Below are positions 1-10,888 of a stretch of 26,939 nt of DNA, in pieces; the stretch's first letter is position 1, and every line of letters starts with the position of its first letter. The stretch spans positions 1 through 26,939 of the forward strand of contig CBDCEW010000040.1 of the NCBI GenBank assembly GCA_965215885.1, read 5' to 3'. The notes beneath the pieces were generated by a model. That model did not search any database. It had not been told where the DNA came from and saw only the letters and a list, made by a program, of their open reading frames with translations. The translations under genes were made by a program, and so were the position numbers. This stretch comes from Candidatus Moanibacter sp. GTDB taxonomy: Bacteria > Verrucomicrobiota > Verrucomicrobiia > Opitutales > UBA2987.

Positions 1-201
1 GGGACCCCGGAAATCAAATGCGCTACGCGGGCCTTTATGCCGAAGGAGACTTGGCTTTCGCAATTTCACAGCCTCTCAGAAGTTCAGAACTCGCTATCAT
101 GCGGGTTGGCGGGCAGGGGGCAATCGCAGATACAATTCCCGGCTTTTAAGAGCTAAAGAAAACGGTAGGCTTCATCTTCGAACCATCAAATTCGAAGAAA
201 A

Positions 202-2427
202 ATGGAGAAACCTACCGTCAAAGAAGAGACCTTCTTACAGTGCATCCTTGGAGTGGACAAGGGTAATCCCTCGATCACGGTCTATCGGGATCTGAGGGAA
301 GGCAAACTGCACGTCTATTACGGGCATGAGCTTTTTGAAGTCGTAGAGGACGATCGGGAGCAAGTTGAATTCAAGCTATTGGAGGGGCGCCTCTACAATG
401 CGGGGTTGAAGAAAGGGCGCTTAGAGAAGCAATTTGAGGTTGACCCCAAAACGATGAAGCGGTGGGGGGAGGCGCTTCAAAGCGGAGATGCCGAGACCTT
501 AGCGCGAGTGCTGGCGGGACGCAGCGCTCATCGCAAATTGACGAGGGAAATCCGGAGTTTTGTGCGGGTGCGCTTCGGGCAGATCTATGGGGAGAGTCGG
601 TATGGCTACAGCAAGAAGATACGGGGGGAGATCGAGGAGGTGTTCGGAGTTAACCTCAGTGGGGAAACTTTGCGCCCTGTCTTTAAGGAGCTTAAAGAGG
701 CCCGGGCAAAGGAGGCCGAAGCCGAGAGGGCGCAAAATCGGGAGACTCCCTGGGATTGCCCGGAGGACTCGGGGAGGGACGAACAGGAGCAAGAAGCAGA
801 AAATAGCCCCGAAAGCGAAGGGGACAATCGCAAGGGGTCTCCCGATTTTTCGAGGGAGAGCTCCGAAGCGGTGCAATGGTATCGGCACTTGGGAGTACTT
901 CTGTTCAGTGCCGCGCTCAGAGAAGTCGCTCAGATTGATCGCGAAGAGGGCTGGCTTTTGAAACAATGGGTGGCTTGCGGGTTGTTGGCCGCGGTCAATA
1001 TCGAGCAGAGCAAACTGCTCGATCTCGAAGACCTGCAAAAACTCATCGGGCGAGTCCTGTATACCCCCTATCTGCAACGCCAAAGCCTTAGCGCCCTGGC
1101 CGATGAAGGGCTTTTAAGAGAGATCCTCAGAGTGAACGCGAGGGGCCTGAATGCTTCGGATGAAGAGAGCTTTTATTATGATCCGCACACCAAACATTAC
1201 ACCGGAATGAGCAAGGTGCTGGCGGGATGGTGTCCGGGTATCCGTCTGGCCGACAAAGCGCTCCACAGCGATTTTATTCATACCCTCAAGGGCTATCCGG
1301 TCTATTTTGCGAGCACTGACAACTATGAGGATATAAGGGAACGGTTTATCCCCAACTGCGAAGCGATGCTCGAGCTGGTGCAGTTGCCGGCTGATAAGAA
1401 GGTGAGCATTTACGTGGACCGGGCGATCGCCGCGGAGTGGTTTTACGAAGCCATCGTGGAGCATCCTCAACTCGAAATCATTACCTGGGAAAAAGGTTAC
1501 AAGGCCAGCGCCCAGCCCCTCCAACGGATCGACGGGCAGTTGCGCCTGCAGCGCGCGCGCAACCATGCCGAAGATCTCCAGGAGTATCATCTTCGCTATC
1601 AGCGGGGCCCCTGGAAGAAAAATCCTCAACTGGTGCAGTGGATCGTGGAGGCGACCAATCCAAAAAATCGAACCATTACCGTGAGCATCCTGGCGACCGA
1701 TCAGCAGGCCCGAAATGAAGAGGTAATCAAAGGGATGTTCAGTCGCTGGATTCAGGAGAATGACTTCAAATACCTCGATAAGCACTTTGGGATTAATCAG
1801 ATCACCTCTTATCGCACCGTCCACTACAAGCGATTAGCCCAACACCTTGAGGACAAGCAGGAGAAAAGCGGTGCCGCCAAAGCCCTCCTGAAGCAAAAAC
1901 AGCAATGCACCGAAGAATTGAAAAGACTGCTCCTGGCCGAGCATGCCCACCCGGGCAAAAGCGCCTCAAGGGGCGAAAAGATCCGTCGACTCGATCAGGC
2001 CCTCAAAGCCCTCCAACTCGAACTGGAGCAAATCGACACCGAATGCTCGAGGCTGCAGCGCCTCATTGATGAAAACTATGTCCGCCTGGACACCGCTAAC
2101 AAGTCCCTCATGGATGCCTTGAAAATCTTCGCCCGTAACAGCTTCTACAAGCAGCTCGAACCCTTTAAAGCTCGCTACAACAACTATCGTGACGACCACG
2201 ATCTGTTTCGCAATTTGACTCACAGTGACGGCGTTCTTATAGAGAGGGGCTGTGCGGTCGAAGCGCATTTATTCCCCACCGCAACTTATCCCCCTCGGGT
2301 GCAGGCGGTGGTGCTTGAGTATCTGCAAACTCTCAATCAGAAGCCCTTACTGATGCCCGACGGTTCAGGCCGAAGAATCATCTTCCGACTGGGCAAAAAA
2401 TCGGGATTTAAACTTGCGATTGCATAG
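202..2427 (+). CDS. Large putative DDE transposase (N-terminal HTH region, acidic linker, RNase H-like core, coiled-coil segment)
   Basis: 741-aa ORF. HTH-like segments (FEVDPKTMKRW...GRSAHRKLT; IEEVFGVNLSGETLR). Candidate triad D327 (YYDPH), D406 (YVDRA), E519 in RWIQENDFKYL, resembling the IS4-superfamily RWxxExxFK signature. Flanked by inverted repeats. Confidence 0.75.
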   Translation: MEKPTVKEETFLQCILGVDKGNPSITVYRDLREGKLHVYYGHELFEVVEDDREQVEFKLLEGRLYNAGLKKGRLEKQFEVDPKTMKRWGEALQSGDAETLARVLAGRSAHRKLTREIRSFVRVRFGQIYGESRYGYSKKIRGEIEEVFGVNLSGETLRPVFKELKEARAKEAEAERAQNRETPWDCPEDSGRDEQEQEAENSPESEGDNRKGSPDFSRESSEAVQWYRHLGVLLFSAALREVAQIDREEGWLLKQWVACGLLAAVNIEQSKLLDLEDLQKLIGRVLYTPYLQRQSLSALADEGLLREILRVNARGLNASDEESFYYDPHTKHYTGMSKVLAGWCPGIRLADKALHSDFIHTLKGYPVYFASTDNYEDIRERFIPNCEAMLELVQLPADKKVSIYVDRAIAAEWFYEAIVEHPQLEIITWEKGYKASAQPLQRIDGQLRLQRARNHAEDLQEYHLRYQRGPWKKNPQLVQWIVEATNPKNRTITVSILATDQQARNEEVIKGMFSRWIQENDFKYLDKHFGINQITSYRTVHYKRLAQHLEDKQEKSGAAKALLKQKQQCTEELKRLLLAEHAHPGKSASRGEKIRRLDQALKALQLELEQIDTECSRLQRLIDENYVRLDTANKSLMDALKIFARNSFYKQLEPFKARYNNYRDDHDLFRNLTHSDGVLIERGCAVEAHLFPTATYPPRVQAVVLEYLQTLNQKPLLMPDGSGRRIIFRLGKKSGFKLAIA

Positions 2428-2445
2428 TGCCTTTAGAGGGGCAAT

Positions 2446-4300
2446 CTAGTCCTCGAACAAGTGTGATTGGAATATACCTAACGCAATAAAAAGCTCGAAA
2501 CGCGCTTAGATACTGGGAAAACGGTTAATCGACCAAAAAAACCACCCAGAAAAAAAGGACGTTTCGAGTGAAAAGAAGATACCGCAAGAACCTCCACAAT
2601 AGCAAGAGAAGAATAAAGCATCGGCTTAGAAATCGGGGCTGGCCTGAACAGGCCAAACCGATGTTCAAAGCGAGCAACATCCACTACGAGACGGCCGAAC
2701 GAGGCAAAGGGGTGAGTTGTGGAGGGATAGGAGCGATTCACCTGATGGTGAAGAGACTGGGGTTGGTGGAAGAGCTCGACCAGAGCGTGCAGTTGCTCAA
2801 GCGCCACCTGCCGTATCATGAGAGTGATCATGTGCTCAACATAGCCTACAACGCATTATTGGGAGGGATCCGGCTCGAAGACATCGAATTGCGCCGCAAG
2901 GACGAGGTTTTTCTGAATGCCTTAGGAGCGCAGAGGATACCGGATCCGACGACCAGTGGAGACTTCACCCGACGCTTTGATGAAGGCGCGATCGAAAAAT
3001 TGATGGAAGGGATCAACCGGATACGGCAAGGGGTGTGGAACAAGCAGGCAAAAGGATTCATGGAGGAGGCGTTCATCGATGTGGACGGGACGATAGCGCA
3101 GACGAGAGGGAAGTGCAAAGGGGGTATGGGAATAAGCTATAAGGGGATCTGGGGCTATGCACCGCTGATCGTGAGTTTGGCAAATACCAGGGAAGTGCTC
3201 TACATGGTGAATCGACCGGGCAATGAGACTAGCCATGAGGGATGCGTAAAGTGGATTGATCGGGCGGTGGAACTTGTGCGTGCGCATGCGGGGAAAATCT
3301 GCTTGCGAGGGGATACGGACTTTTCGTTGACAGAAAACTTCGATCGGTGGGATGAAGAAGGAACGGGATTTATCTTCGGAATGGATGCGCATCCCAAAGT
3401 GGTGGGACTGGCCGAGGAGTTCAGAGAGACGGCCTGGAGCGAACTGGAGCGGTTGCCCAAGCATGAAATAGCGACCGAATCGAGAGCTAAAGCGCCGCGA
3501 GTGAAGGAAGGGATCGTGCACCAGAAGGGTTTTGAAAACAAGGTGCTGGAGGCAGAAAGTGTGGCCGAGTTGGACTATCGGCCCAACAAGTGCAAAAAGA
3601 CCTATCGGATGGTGGTGGTGCGTAAGAACATCAGTGTGCAAAAGGGCGAAGTAGTGCTCTTTGATGAGATCCGCTACTTTTTTTATATCACAAATCGTAG
3701 GGACCTGACTAAGGAGCAGGTGGTCGCCTTTGCGAATCAACGCTGCGATCAGGAGAACGTTATTGAGCAACTCAAAAACGGGGTTAATGCGATGCGTATG
3801 CCCGTGGATGATCTTTTGAGCAATTGGGCCTATATGGTAATGACAGCATTGGCCTGGAACCTGAAGGCGTGGTATGGATTACTCATGCCCAACCGCCTGC
3901 GGGGGTTGGAGATCGTGAAGATGGAGTTTCGGCGCTTCCTTCACGCCATCATCTTGCTCCCCGCGCAAATCATCCGAAGCGGGCGCCGAATTGTTTATCG
4001 GCTTTTAAGCTGGAACGAGTGGATGGGAGATTTTATCAGCACCTGGGAGCGATTCCGATCTATGTCGCCTGGGTAGCAGATCAAGTAACCGCGAACGCAC
4101 AGCCACAACGGAAGGACTGTCGGCGTATCCAAAAAAGGGGACAGAACTAACGTTAAAACAGAACGGATATGACTCAAAAAAAGCAAAACATGAAACCAGC
4201 CCAAGGGTGGCGGCGGCAAAACTACCGCCAGCATGGCAAATAACGTTAGGAATAACGAAGTTTCCTGTTCAACCTTTAAACGCGCTTATTTTAGGTCTAG
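2446..4300 (+). mobile_element. IS1380-family insertion sequence bounded by duplicated CTAG
   Basis: CTAG at 2446-2449 and 4297-4300. Imperfect terminal IRs: CTAGTCCTCGAACAAGTGTG vs reverse complement CTAGACCTAAAATAAGCGCG (14/20). Encloses a single transposase. Confidence 0.8.
2568..4076 (+). CDS. IS1380-family DDE transposase
   Basis: 502 aa. IPDPTTSGDFTRRF, IDVDGT, GYAPL, LRGDTDFS, RCDQENVIEQLKNG and NWAYM..TALAWNL are typical IS1380 motifs. Confidence 0.9.
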   Translation: MKRRYRKNLHNSKRRIKHRLRNRGWPEQAKPMFKASNIHYETAERGKGVSCGGIGAIHLMVKRLGLVEELDQSVQLLKRHLPYHESDHVLNIAYNALLGGIRLEDIELRRKDEVFLNALGAQRIPDPTTSGDFTRRFDEGAIEKLMEGINRIRQGVWNKQAKGFMEEAFIDVDGTIAQTRGKCKGGMGISYKGIWGYAPLIVSLANTREVLYMVNRPGNETSHEGCVKWIDRAVELVRAHAGKICLRGDTDFSLTENFDRWDEEGTGFIFGMDAHPKVVGLAEEFRETAWSELERLPKHEIATESRAKAPRVKEGIVHQKGFENKVLEAESVAELDYRPNKCKKTYRMVVVRKNISVQKGEVVLFDEIRYFFYITNRRDLTKEQVVAFANQRCDQENVIEQLKNGVNAMRMPVDDLLSNWAYMVMTALAWNLKAWYGLLMPNRLRGLEIVKMEFRRFLHAIILLPAQIIRSGRRIVYRLLSWNEWMGDFISTWERFRSMSPG

Positions 4301-4504
4301 TGAGGTCTGAATTTACTGAAACCTACCTCCTGATGCAAGATCGTCGTCTGCTATTAAAGACGGGCAGACGCTGCGAGACTGCGAGATACGTCAGAACCCT
4401 TTAACGGTCCTGAGATGTCGGCCTTGCGTGGGTGGCTTTAGCATGTTCGTGGCTGTCTTGGTGCTCTTTTCGGTGCCTGGCTATCGCCGCCGGTGTCGAG
4501 CATC

Positions 4505-4600
4505 TTAACCCGGACATTTCACACACTTCGTAGCGAGACGGCATTGACACGCGGTGAGATCCGTCGTCGCAGTAGAAGATTTGTGAAATTTTCGGGTTAA
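4505..4600. mobile_element. 88-bp MITE with 15-bp terminal inverted repeats and TTAA flanks
   Basis: TTAA|CCCGGACATTTCACA ... TGTGAAATTTTCGGG|TTAA (TIR 13/15). The interior is also partly self-complementary (GACGG/CCGTC, GCGA/TCGC, CTTC/GAAG). Confidence 0.7.
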
Positions 4601-4627
4601 CAGGCCTGCGCCTTTGCGATAGGGCTC

Positions 4628-6031
4628 CTACTGTTTATCCTCGAGCTCGTCGACTTTTCGGCCGCTACTGTAAAGTCCCCAGGCCAGGACCAGCACCATT
4701 AGAGCAATGACGAAGCCCAGAAATACTCTGTTGTCGAAGATGCTTCGTCGAGCTCGGGCCGATTTTATGTCAAAATCAGGGTTACTTACACTCGGGCCGA
4801 GGGACATTTCCACGATTTTGTAGCCGTGCCGGAAGGAATTGAGGACCGTGGCGGTATCGTAACTTGGTTTGGCGACGCCTTCGGAACCGTAGTAGAGCCT
4901 ATAACCGGTGTTTGGCTGAGTGAGGAATAATGCTCGATACACGTTTCCGGTCGCCTTGACGCCCGTAAATTTTAGGGGAGGATTGTCCTCGTTGTATATG
5001 ATTAGCCGATACTTGAGCTGACGATTTTCTGGAAAGGAGATCGACAACTTTTCGCGATGATAACTTCGAAAATCTATCACGGAAAGGTTTCCCCGGCCGA
5101 TCTCAATCCACCTCTCTCCGCTCTTTCTTTCTTCGAGAATCGAAACGGTGGCTCGGCGGCTGAAGTTGCGATCGGGAGTTTCCAGTAACAATTCAGTGAG
5201 GGGCTCGAAACGCGTATCGATCTCTATATTCGTGCGCTTATTCTCCTCGTCCTCGCTGACAACGATGTTTTCAATCGCATATTCAACTTTGTGGTCTGCT
5301 TTGAATTGATCCTTTTTCACTTCCTCCCATAAATCGATGCGGTTGATACGGAATGACCGTCTTGTGATTTGAGTCTGTTCGAAGCGCTCTATCTCCACTT
5401 CATCGCTCAATCGCCTCCGAATGTAAGTTCGAGGGGATTCCTGTTTCTCAGTGATCTCTTTAAGGGTAATTCGGAACTGTCTATGATTGTTTTCCGGCAA
5501 GTGCACTCTGCGGTTCTCAATATCCAAAAAGCGGGAATAATCAAAGATGAGCGCATCGGATACGAGGTGCTCCCAATCTTCGCCGTCGTTACTCCCGAGT
5601 ACGGTTACTCTTTTTTCGTAATCTGATAGGGGGGTCAAAATAGTGATGCCATCCGGGGACGAAGCCTCTTCATCCAGCTGCAGGTGAATCTCGATTTGAT
5701 TGCCCGGTTTCTCGTCCAGCGAGAGCACTTTACTGATGCAGAGCTTCTCCGAAGTCTTTGTTCGCGTTTCCCTTGCCTTTTCGAGTAGGAAAGGGATTTC
5801 CCGTTCGCCGTTGCCTACAAGGCGCAGATCGCTGTATTTTAACTGAGTGGCGGAGAATATCTCACTGTCCAGGTGAATTGTGCTGATCTCTTCCTCCATC
5901 GGATCTTCGATTACAACCTCCTTGTAGAATTCAAACGGGCTCGCATCAAAACCGGCGGCGGCGGTCTGACCCATAAGTATTGTCAGGAGGGTGAGCCCCG
6001 ATGAGATCTCAAGTCCGAGTGTGCTATTCAT
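4628..6031 (-). CDS. DUF3999-like exported protein with C-terminal membrane anchor
   Basis: 467 aa. N-terminal signal-like stretch; [35 protein letters not shown] and YRLYYG....KPSYD motifs; C-terminal TM helix. Start overlaps the upstream stop (ATGA, 6028-6031). Confidence 0.7.
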   Translation of the reverse strand: MNSTLGLEISSGLTLLTILMGQTAAAGFDASPFEFYKEVVIEDPMEEEISTIHLDSEIFSATQLKYSDLRLVGNGEREIPFLLEKARETRTKTSEKLCISKVLSLDEKPGNQIEIHLQLDEEASSPDGITILTPLSDYEKRVTVLGSNDGEDWEHLVSDALIFDYSRFLDIENRRVHLPENNHRQFRITLKEITEKQESPRTYIRRRLSDEVEIERFEQTQITRRSFRINRIDLWEEVKKDQFKADHKVEYAIENIVVSEDEENKRTNIEIDTRFEPLTELLLETPDRNFSRRATVSILEERKSGERWIEIGRGNLSVIDFRSYHREKLSISFPENRQLKYRLIIYNEDNPPLKFTGVKATGNVYRALFLTQPNTGYRLYYGSEGVAKPSYDTATVLNSFRHGYKIVEMSLGPSVSNPDFDIKSARARRSIFDNRVFLGFVIALMVLVLAWGLYSSGRKVDELEDKQ

Positions 6032-8592
6032 TCTTCCGAATTCCCCTTTTTCTCTGAATCCGCCAAGCTAAATGATTCGCGATACTTCAAATATAGGAAC
6101 GAGCCGGCGAGAACGAGCACCCCGAGGCTGATAAAGGCAACGATTCGGTAGAGTTGATCCAGTTTGGCCAGATCCACGAAGAACACTTTGAACGCAATAA
6201 TGGCAAACAGGCCAAGGCCGACATAACGTAATACGAGAATTCCCTTGCGAATCCCTCCCAGGATAAAGGCCAGAGCAAAGATGGCCCAAAGGATCGAGAC
6301 TCCCCCTGCCCTTAATCCAGGGACAAAATGATGGAGCAATGTGTTAACTTCCATTGAAGAGTAGGTGAAAAGGAGGCCGAGAGCTGCCGAGCCGAATATG
6401 ATTCCCGCGGGCCGCGCATCTGTTGTGCGGCTCAGGAGGGTAAACGCGAAAACGAGAAAAACGATCACGACGCCGAAGTCGAGCAAGCGCATTCCACCGT
6501 CAAGAAACGAGTAGTGGCCGGAGTAGAGCAAATTGCCGAGAATGCCCCAAACCCCCAAATCAAAAGAGAAGAGTTTAACAAGAGTCGCGGTAACAGCTAT
6601 TGCAAGAGCGATGAGGAGCGGGCCGCTGGGTGAGGAGAGATAAAGGTAGAGTAAAAGGGAACACAATCCTATCCAGAGAAAAGTGAGCGCCGGCATCCGG
6701 AGTGGAGTGTAGAGATGAAGGAATGCCTGGTTCAATTCCAGGTGAAGATAAATGAATACCATGCCTAACGCCGCTATCAATATGCCCTGCCCCGCCTTGC
6801 GCTCACCCAGCCATGCCTGGACATCGTTAGCCCGTTCGATTTCGAGTGCGACCGCCTTGAGGGGCTGTTTGAGGAGGAAACCTGCCCCCGCCAGGGAGGC
6901 AACCGGCACACCGAAAATAATCAGTCGCTCAAATAGAATTGGAAGGTAATCAAGAAACGATGCATCGGTAGGAATGGGACGCGCAAAGAACTGGCCTCTC
7001 AGATCGACAAAGGCGAATCTCCAGAGCACGATCGCATAGAGCAGGTATGCCACCTGACGTAGAAACTCACTCTTCACTTTTCCGGCAATCCAGAGCATTA
7101 CATATGCTTGGATAGCCCAGCTCACTGTTATCCATTCGCTCGAAAGGATCAGCGGCATGGTGACCGTCAGAAAAAACGCGGCCAAGGCGGTAAAGCTGAG
7201 AAGCAGTTCGCGGTCGAGGAGACGTTTTCGCAGAAAATGCTGAATATGGAGGACGTAAAAGAGTGCCAAACCCAGAGTTACGGCTGCGACCCATTCGATG
7301 CGGTAGGCACGATCAATGAGATTGTAGCTGAGAATGAAGAATAAACCCGCATTCAAGAGTAACGCGAGGAGATCGAGGAGACTGGACTTGGTTCGGTTTA
7401 CCAATTGGTAAACAAATGTCATCGTCGAAAAGAGAACGAAAAAAGCGACGAGGAAGGGCATTACCTGCCAGAAGTAACTGTTCTCGTAGTGCTTATCGGT
7501 TGCGGCTATAAAAAGGCCGTAGGTAAAGACGAAACTGAGATTATTCAGAAGGTGCCAGTTCTTATGGAGAGACACCCCAAATACTCCCACCCCTAGCAAG
7601 AGCATGTGGCCGAACAGTCCGACAAAGTTCACTTCCCCGGTCGAAAGCATGATGGGGGTGCCGAAACCTCCGATGATCCCGAGGACCGCTATCAGGATCG
7701 AATTAAACCGAACCGCCATGCCGCCGGCGCCGAAAGTAATGACTCCCATGAGGGCGAATGCCGGATAAAGTTCGAGCATGTCGTAGAAGTTCGCGGCTGC
7801 GAAGACGGCGAAATAGAGGGTCGCAAGACCGCCCCCTATCAATCCTTGCCCAAAGAGGTGGTATTTTCGGCCAAGTAGTTTGATTCCGGTCACAAGCAGG
7901 GTGAGGCCGGCGAGAATGCTCAGGGAAACACGTCCTACGGGACCGAGGATCCCGATTTCGATCGAGTACTTCAAAAAGAACCCAATTCCAACGACGAGGA
8001 TAACGATACCGATACGGAGCAACCAGTTGCTGGCTATCGCGAACTCAATGGACACACCGGCCGGGCGATGATCTTCTCCCACGATGATCCAATTCCAGAT
8101 CTTCTTGAGTATGATTTTTGCTGCCGATTCAAAGCGGCTGGGTTCCCTTTCCTGTGGCTCGACTCCACTTTCCGTGACAACTGATGAAACAGTTGATACG
8201 GGTGTCATGGGCGGTCGGGGTATGTATACGGGAGGGGGCGGCGGCGAAGGTGCAGATTTTTCGATCAATTCGGGTGTCGGCACCGGTGGAGCGATAGGCT
8301 CTTGAATTTCCTCCTCTCGAACCGGAGTCGGTGAAGGTGCCGCTTCTATGGCGGTTTCCATCTCAGGCGGTGCCAATGCTGCCTCAACCTTCTTCGCCAA
8401 TTTGTCGAGCAACTCCTTGCTCAGGCTGAACTCCTCCTTTACCTCCCTCTCAAATGCCAGCGAGGCATAGTCGGAATCCTTCTGACGCCGCCCAATTTTA
8501 ATGACGATGACGAGGAGTATGATCGGGAGAATGGTGATTGCCACCAAACCGAGAATGAGGAGCAGTATGAGAAACTCTTCCATTGTATGCAC
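6028..8592 (-). CDS. DUF2339-family multi-pass membrane protein (ATG at 8583 is the likelier start)
   Basis: 854 aa. N-terminal TM, Pro-rich linker, [11 protein letters not shown]....[10 protein letters not shown] motif, many TM helices, C-terminal KVFFVDL..L...YRIVAFI.LG..L..SFLY motif. Confidence 0.85.
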   Translation of the reverse strand: MHTMEEFLILLLILGLVAITILPIILLVIVIKIGRRQKDSDYASLAFEREVKEEFSLSKELLDKLAKKVEAALAPPEMETAIEAAPSPTPVREEEIQEPIAPPVPTPELIEKSAPSPPPPPVYIPRPPMTPVSTVSSVVTESGVEPQEREPSRFESAAKIILKKIWNWIIVGEDHRPAGVSIEFAIASNWLLRIGIVILVVGIGFFLKYSIEIGILGPVGRVSLSILAGLTLLVTGIKLLGRKYHLFGQGLIGGGLATLYFAVFAAANFYDMLELYPAFALMGVITFGAGGMAVRFNSILIAVLGIIGGFGTPIMLSTGEVNFVGLFGHMLLLGVGVFGVSLHKNWHLLNNLSFVFTYGLFIAATDKHYENSYFWQVMPFLVAFFVLFSTMTFVYQLVNRTKSSLLDLLALLLNAGLFFILSYNLIDRAYRIEWVAAVTLGLALFYVLHIQHFLRKRLLDRELLLSFTALAAFFLTVTMPLILSSEWITVSWAIQAYVMLWIAGKVKSEFLRQVAYLLYAIVLWRFAFVDLRGQFFARPIPTDASFLDYLPILFERLIIFGVPVASLAGAGFLLKQPLKAVALEIERANDVQAWLGERKAGQGILIAALGMVFIYLHLELNQAFLHLYTPLRMPALTFLWIGLCSLLLYLYLSSPSGPLLIALAIAVTATLVKLFSFDLGVWGILGNLLYSGHYSFLDGGMRLLDFGVVIVFLVFAFTLLSRTTDARPAGIIFGSAALGLLFTYSSMEVNTLLHHFVPGLRAGGVSILWAIFALAFILGGIRKGILVLRYVGLGLFAIIAFKVFFVDLAKLDQLYRIVAFISLGVLVLAGSFLYLKYRESFSLADSEKKGNSEE

Positions 8593-8596
8593 CCGA

Positions 8597-8636
8597 GAAT
8601 CTGTCGGACCCTAAGTCCGGCAGATTCCCAAGGATA
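8597..8636. repeat. REP-like palindrome, family A, copy 1
   Basis: GAATCTGTCGGAC-CCTAA-GTCCGGCAGATTC 13-bp stem (12/13). Homologous copy at 14586. Confidence 0.75.
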
Positions 8637-8873
8637 ACGCAAGGTTGAGCAGCTGTCATACCAAAAGTGAGTCGGTCTTGCTATATTCTTCAATCTCAGC
8701 TCACAGTTAATGTTTGCAGCAGTATTCTGGTGCCAGTTCATGGGCACGTTGTGTCAGGGCATGATCATAAATTGTACAGCTCTATTGTCACAGATTACCC
8801 GTTAAGTCTCTATTGTGAGGTATTACCCGCTGAGGATTGTCCCTCGTCGCCCAAGGGCTTCCAACTACGGAGA

Positions 8874-10202
<1,329 letters not shown>

Positions 10203-10386
10203 CTATCAACTCAGTACCGAAATCTCACCCGATATCTGCTGGCTCGCGGGAATTCAGCAGTCGCCCCGCCATAGCGAGGCATTGCTGAAACGGCGCAGCA
10301 TCGAATTTCCTGACCGGGACTCTGTTGGGGTTACCGAGGAACGATATCAAATGATGATTCATCCACTCGCCATACCATACGACTTT

Positions 10387-10418
10387 TGTCATTGCGAGGA
10401 AGAATGACGAAGCAATCC
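10387..10418. repeat. GTCATTGCGAG...GAAGCAATC-type palindromic intergenic repeat (single copy)
   Basis: TGTCATTGCGAGGAAGAATGACGAAGCAATCC with ATTGC/GCAAT arms. Resembles a widespread REP-like family as recalled; lies between the divergent eno and arsC genes. Confidence 0.5.
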
Positions 10419-10478
10419 AAGCATTCGGAAGTAGGATATTGTCTTTACCGACTGCAGTAGTATTCTCCCCCTATATCA

Positions 10479-10844
10479 ATGAGCCACTGTAAAATCTTTC
10501 ATAATCCGAGATGCAGCAAGAGTAGGGCGGCGTTGGAACTACTGGAGAATAGGGGCGTGGAGTTCGAAGTCGTTGAATATCTTAAAGAGCCGCCCACACC
10601 GGACGAGATGGATGAGCTCTGTAGATGGATCGGCGTGGAACCCGCGGAGCTCTTGAGAGGAAATGAAGACAGATTTGCTGAACTCGGGCTTGGGCTCTCA
10701 GACTGTCGATCCCGACGCGAGTGGATCGAGATTATGTGCGCCAACCCCATCCTGATTGAGCGACCTATTGCTATTGTCGACAAACTTGCCATTGTGGGGC
10801 GCCCTCCGGAACGGGTTTTGGAGATTTTGCCTCCCCCTTGTTGA
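10479..10844 (+). CDS. arsC: Arsenate reductase, glutaredoxin-coupled ArsC family
   Basis: HNPRCSKSR active-site loop, VVEYLKEPP, NPILIERPI, GRPPERVLEIL. No ars operon neighbours in the window. Confidence 0.88.
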   Translation: MSHCKIFHNPRCSKSRAALELLENRGVEFEVVEYLKEPPTPDEMDELCRWIGVEPAELLRGNEDRFAELGLGLSDCRSRREWIEIMCANPILIERPIAIVDKLAIVGRPPERVLEILPPPC

Positions 10845-10888
10845 TTGAGACTTGAGTATTCGATGTTCGATAATTTCATGTCTCACCG

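Larger units (their letters stand above)
83..4311 (+). mobile_element. Unclassified IS-like element encoding the 741-aa transposase, now carrying a nested IS1380
   Basis: TTCAGAACTCGCTA (83-96) matches the reverse complement of TAGTGAGGTCTGAA (4298-4311) at 12/14. With the IS1380 removed, this right repeat lies about 20 bp after the transposase stop. No target duplication resolved, so the outer ends are approximate. Confidence 0.6.

Noticed and set aside
1..75. ...CAATTTCACAGCCTC resembles the end of a further IS or MITE
   Set aside because: No partner end or transposase in the window, so it cannot be supported.
4207..4404. 65-aa ORF
   Set aside because: It spans the IS1380 end and the outer inverted repeat; a junction artefact.
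10479..10844. Arsenic-resistance operon
   Set aside because: No arsR, acr3 or arsB nearby; orphan ArsC-family gene.
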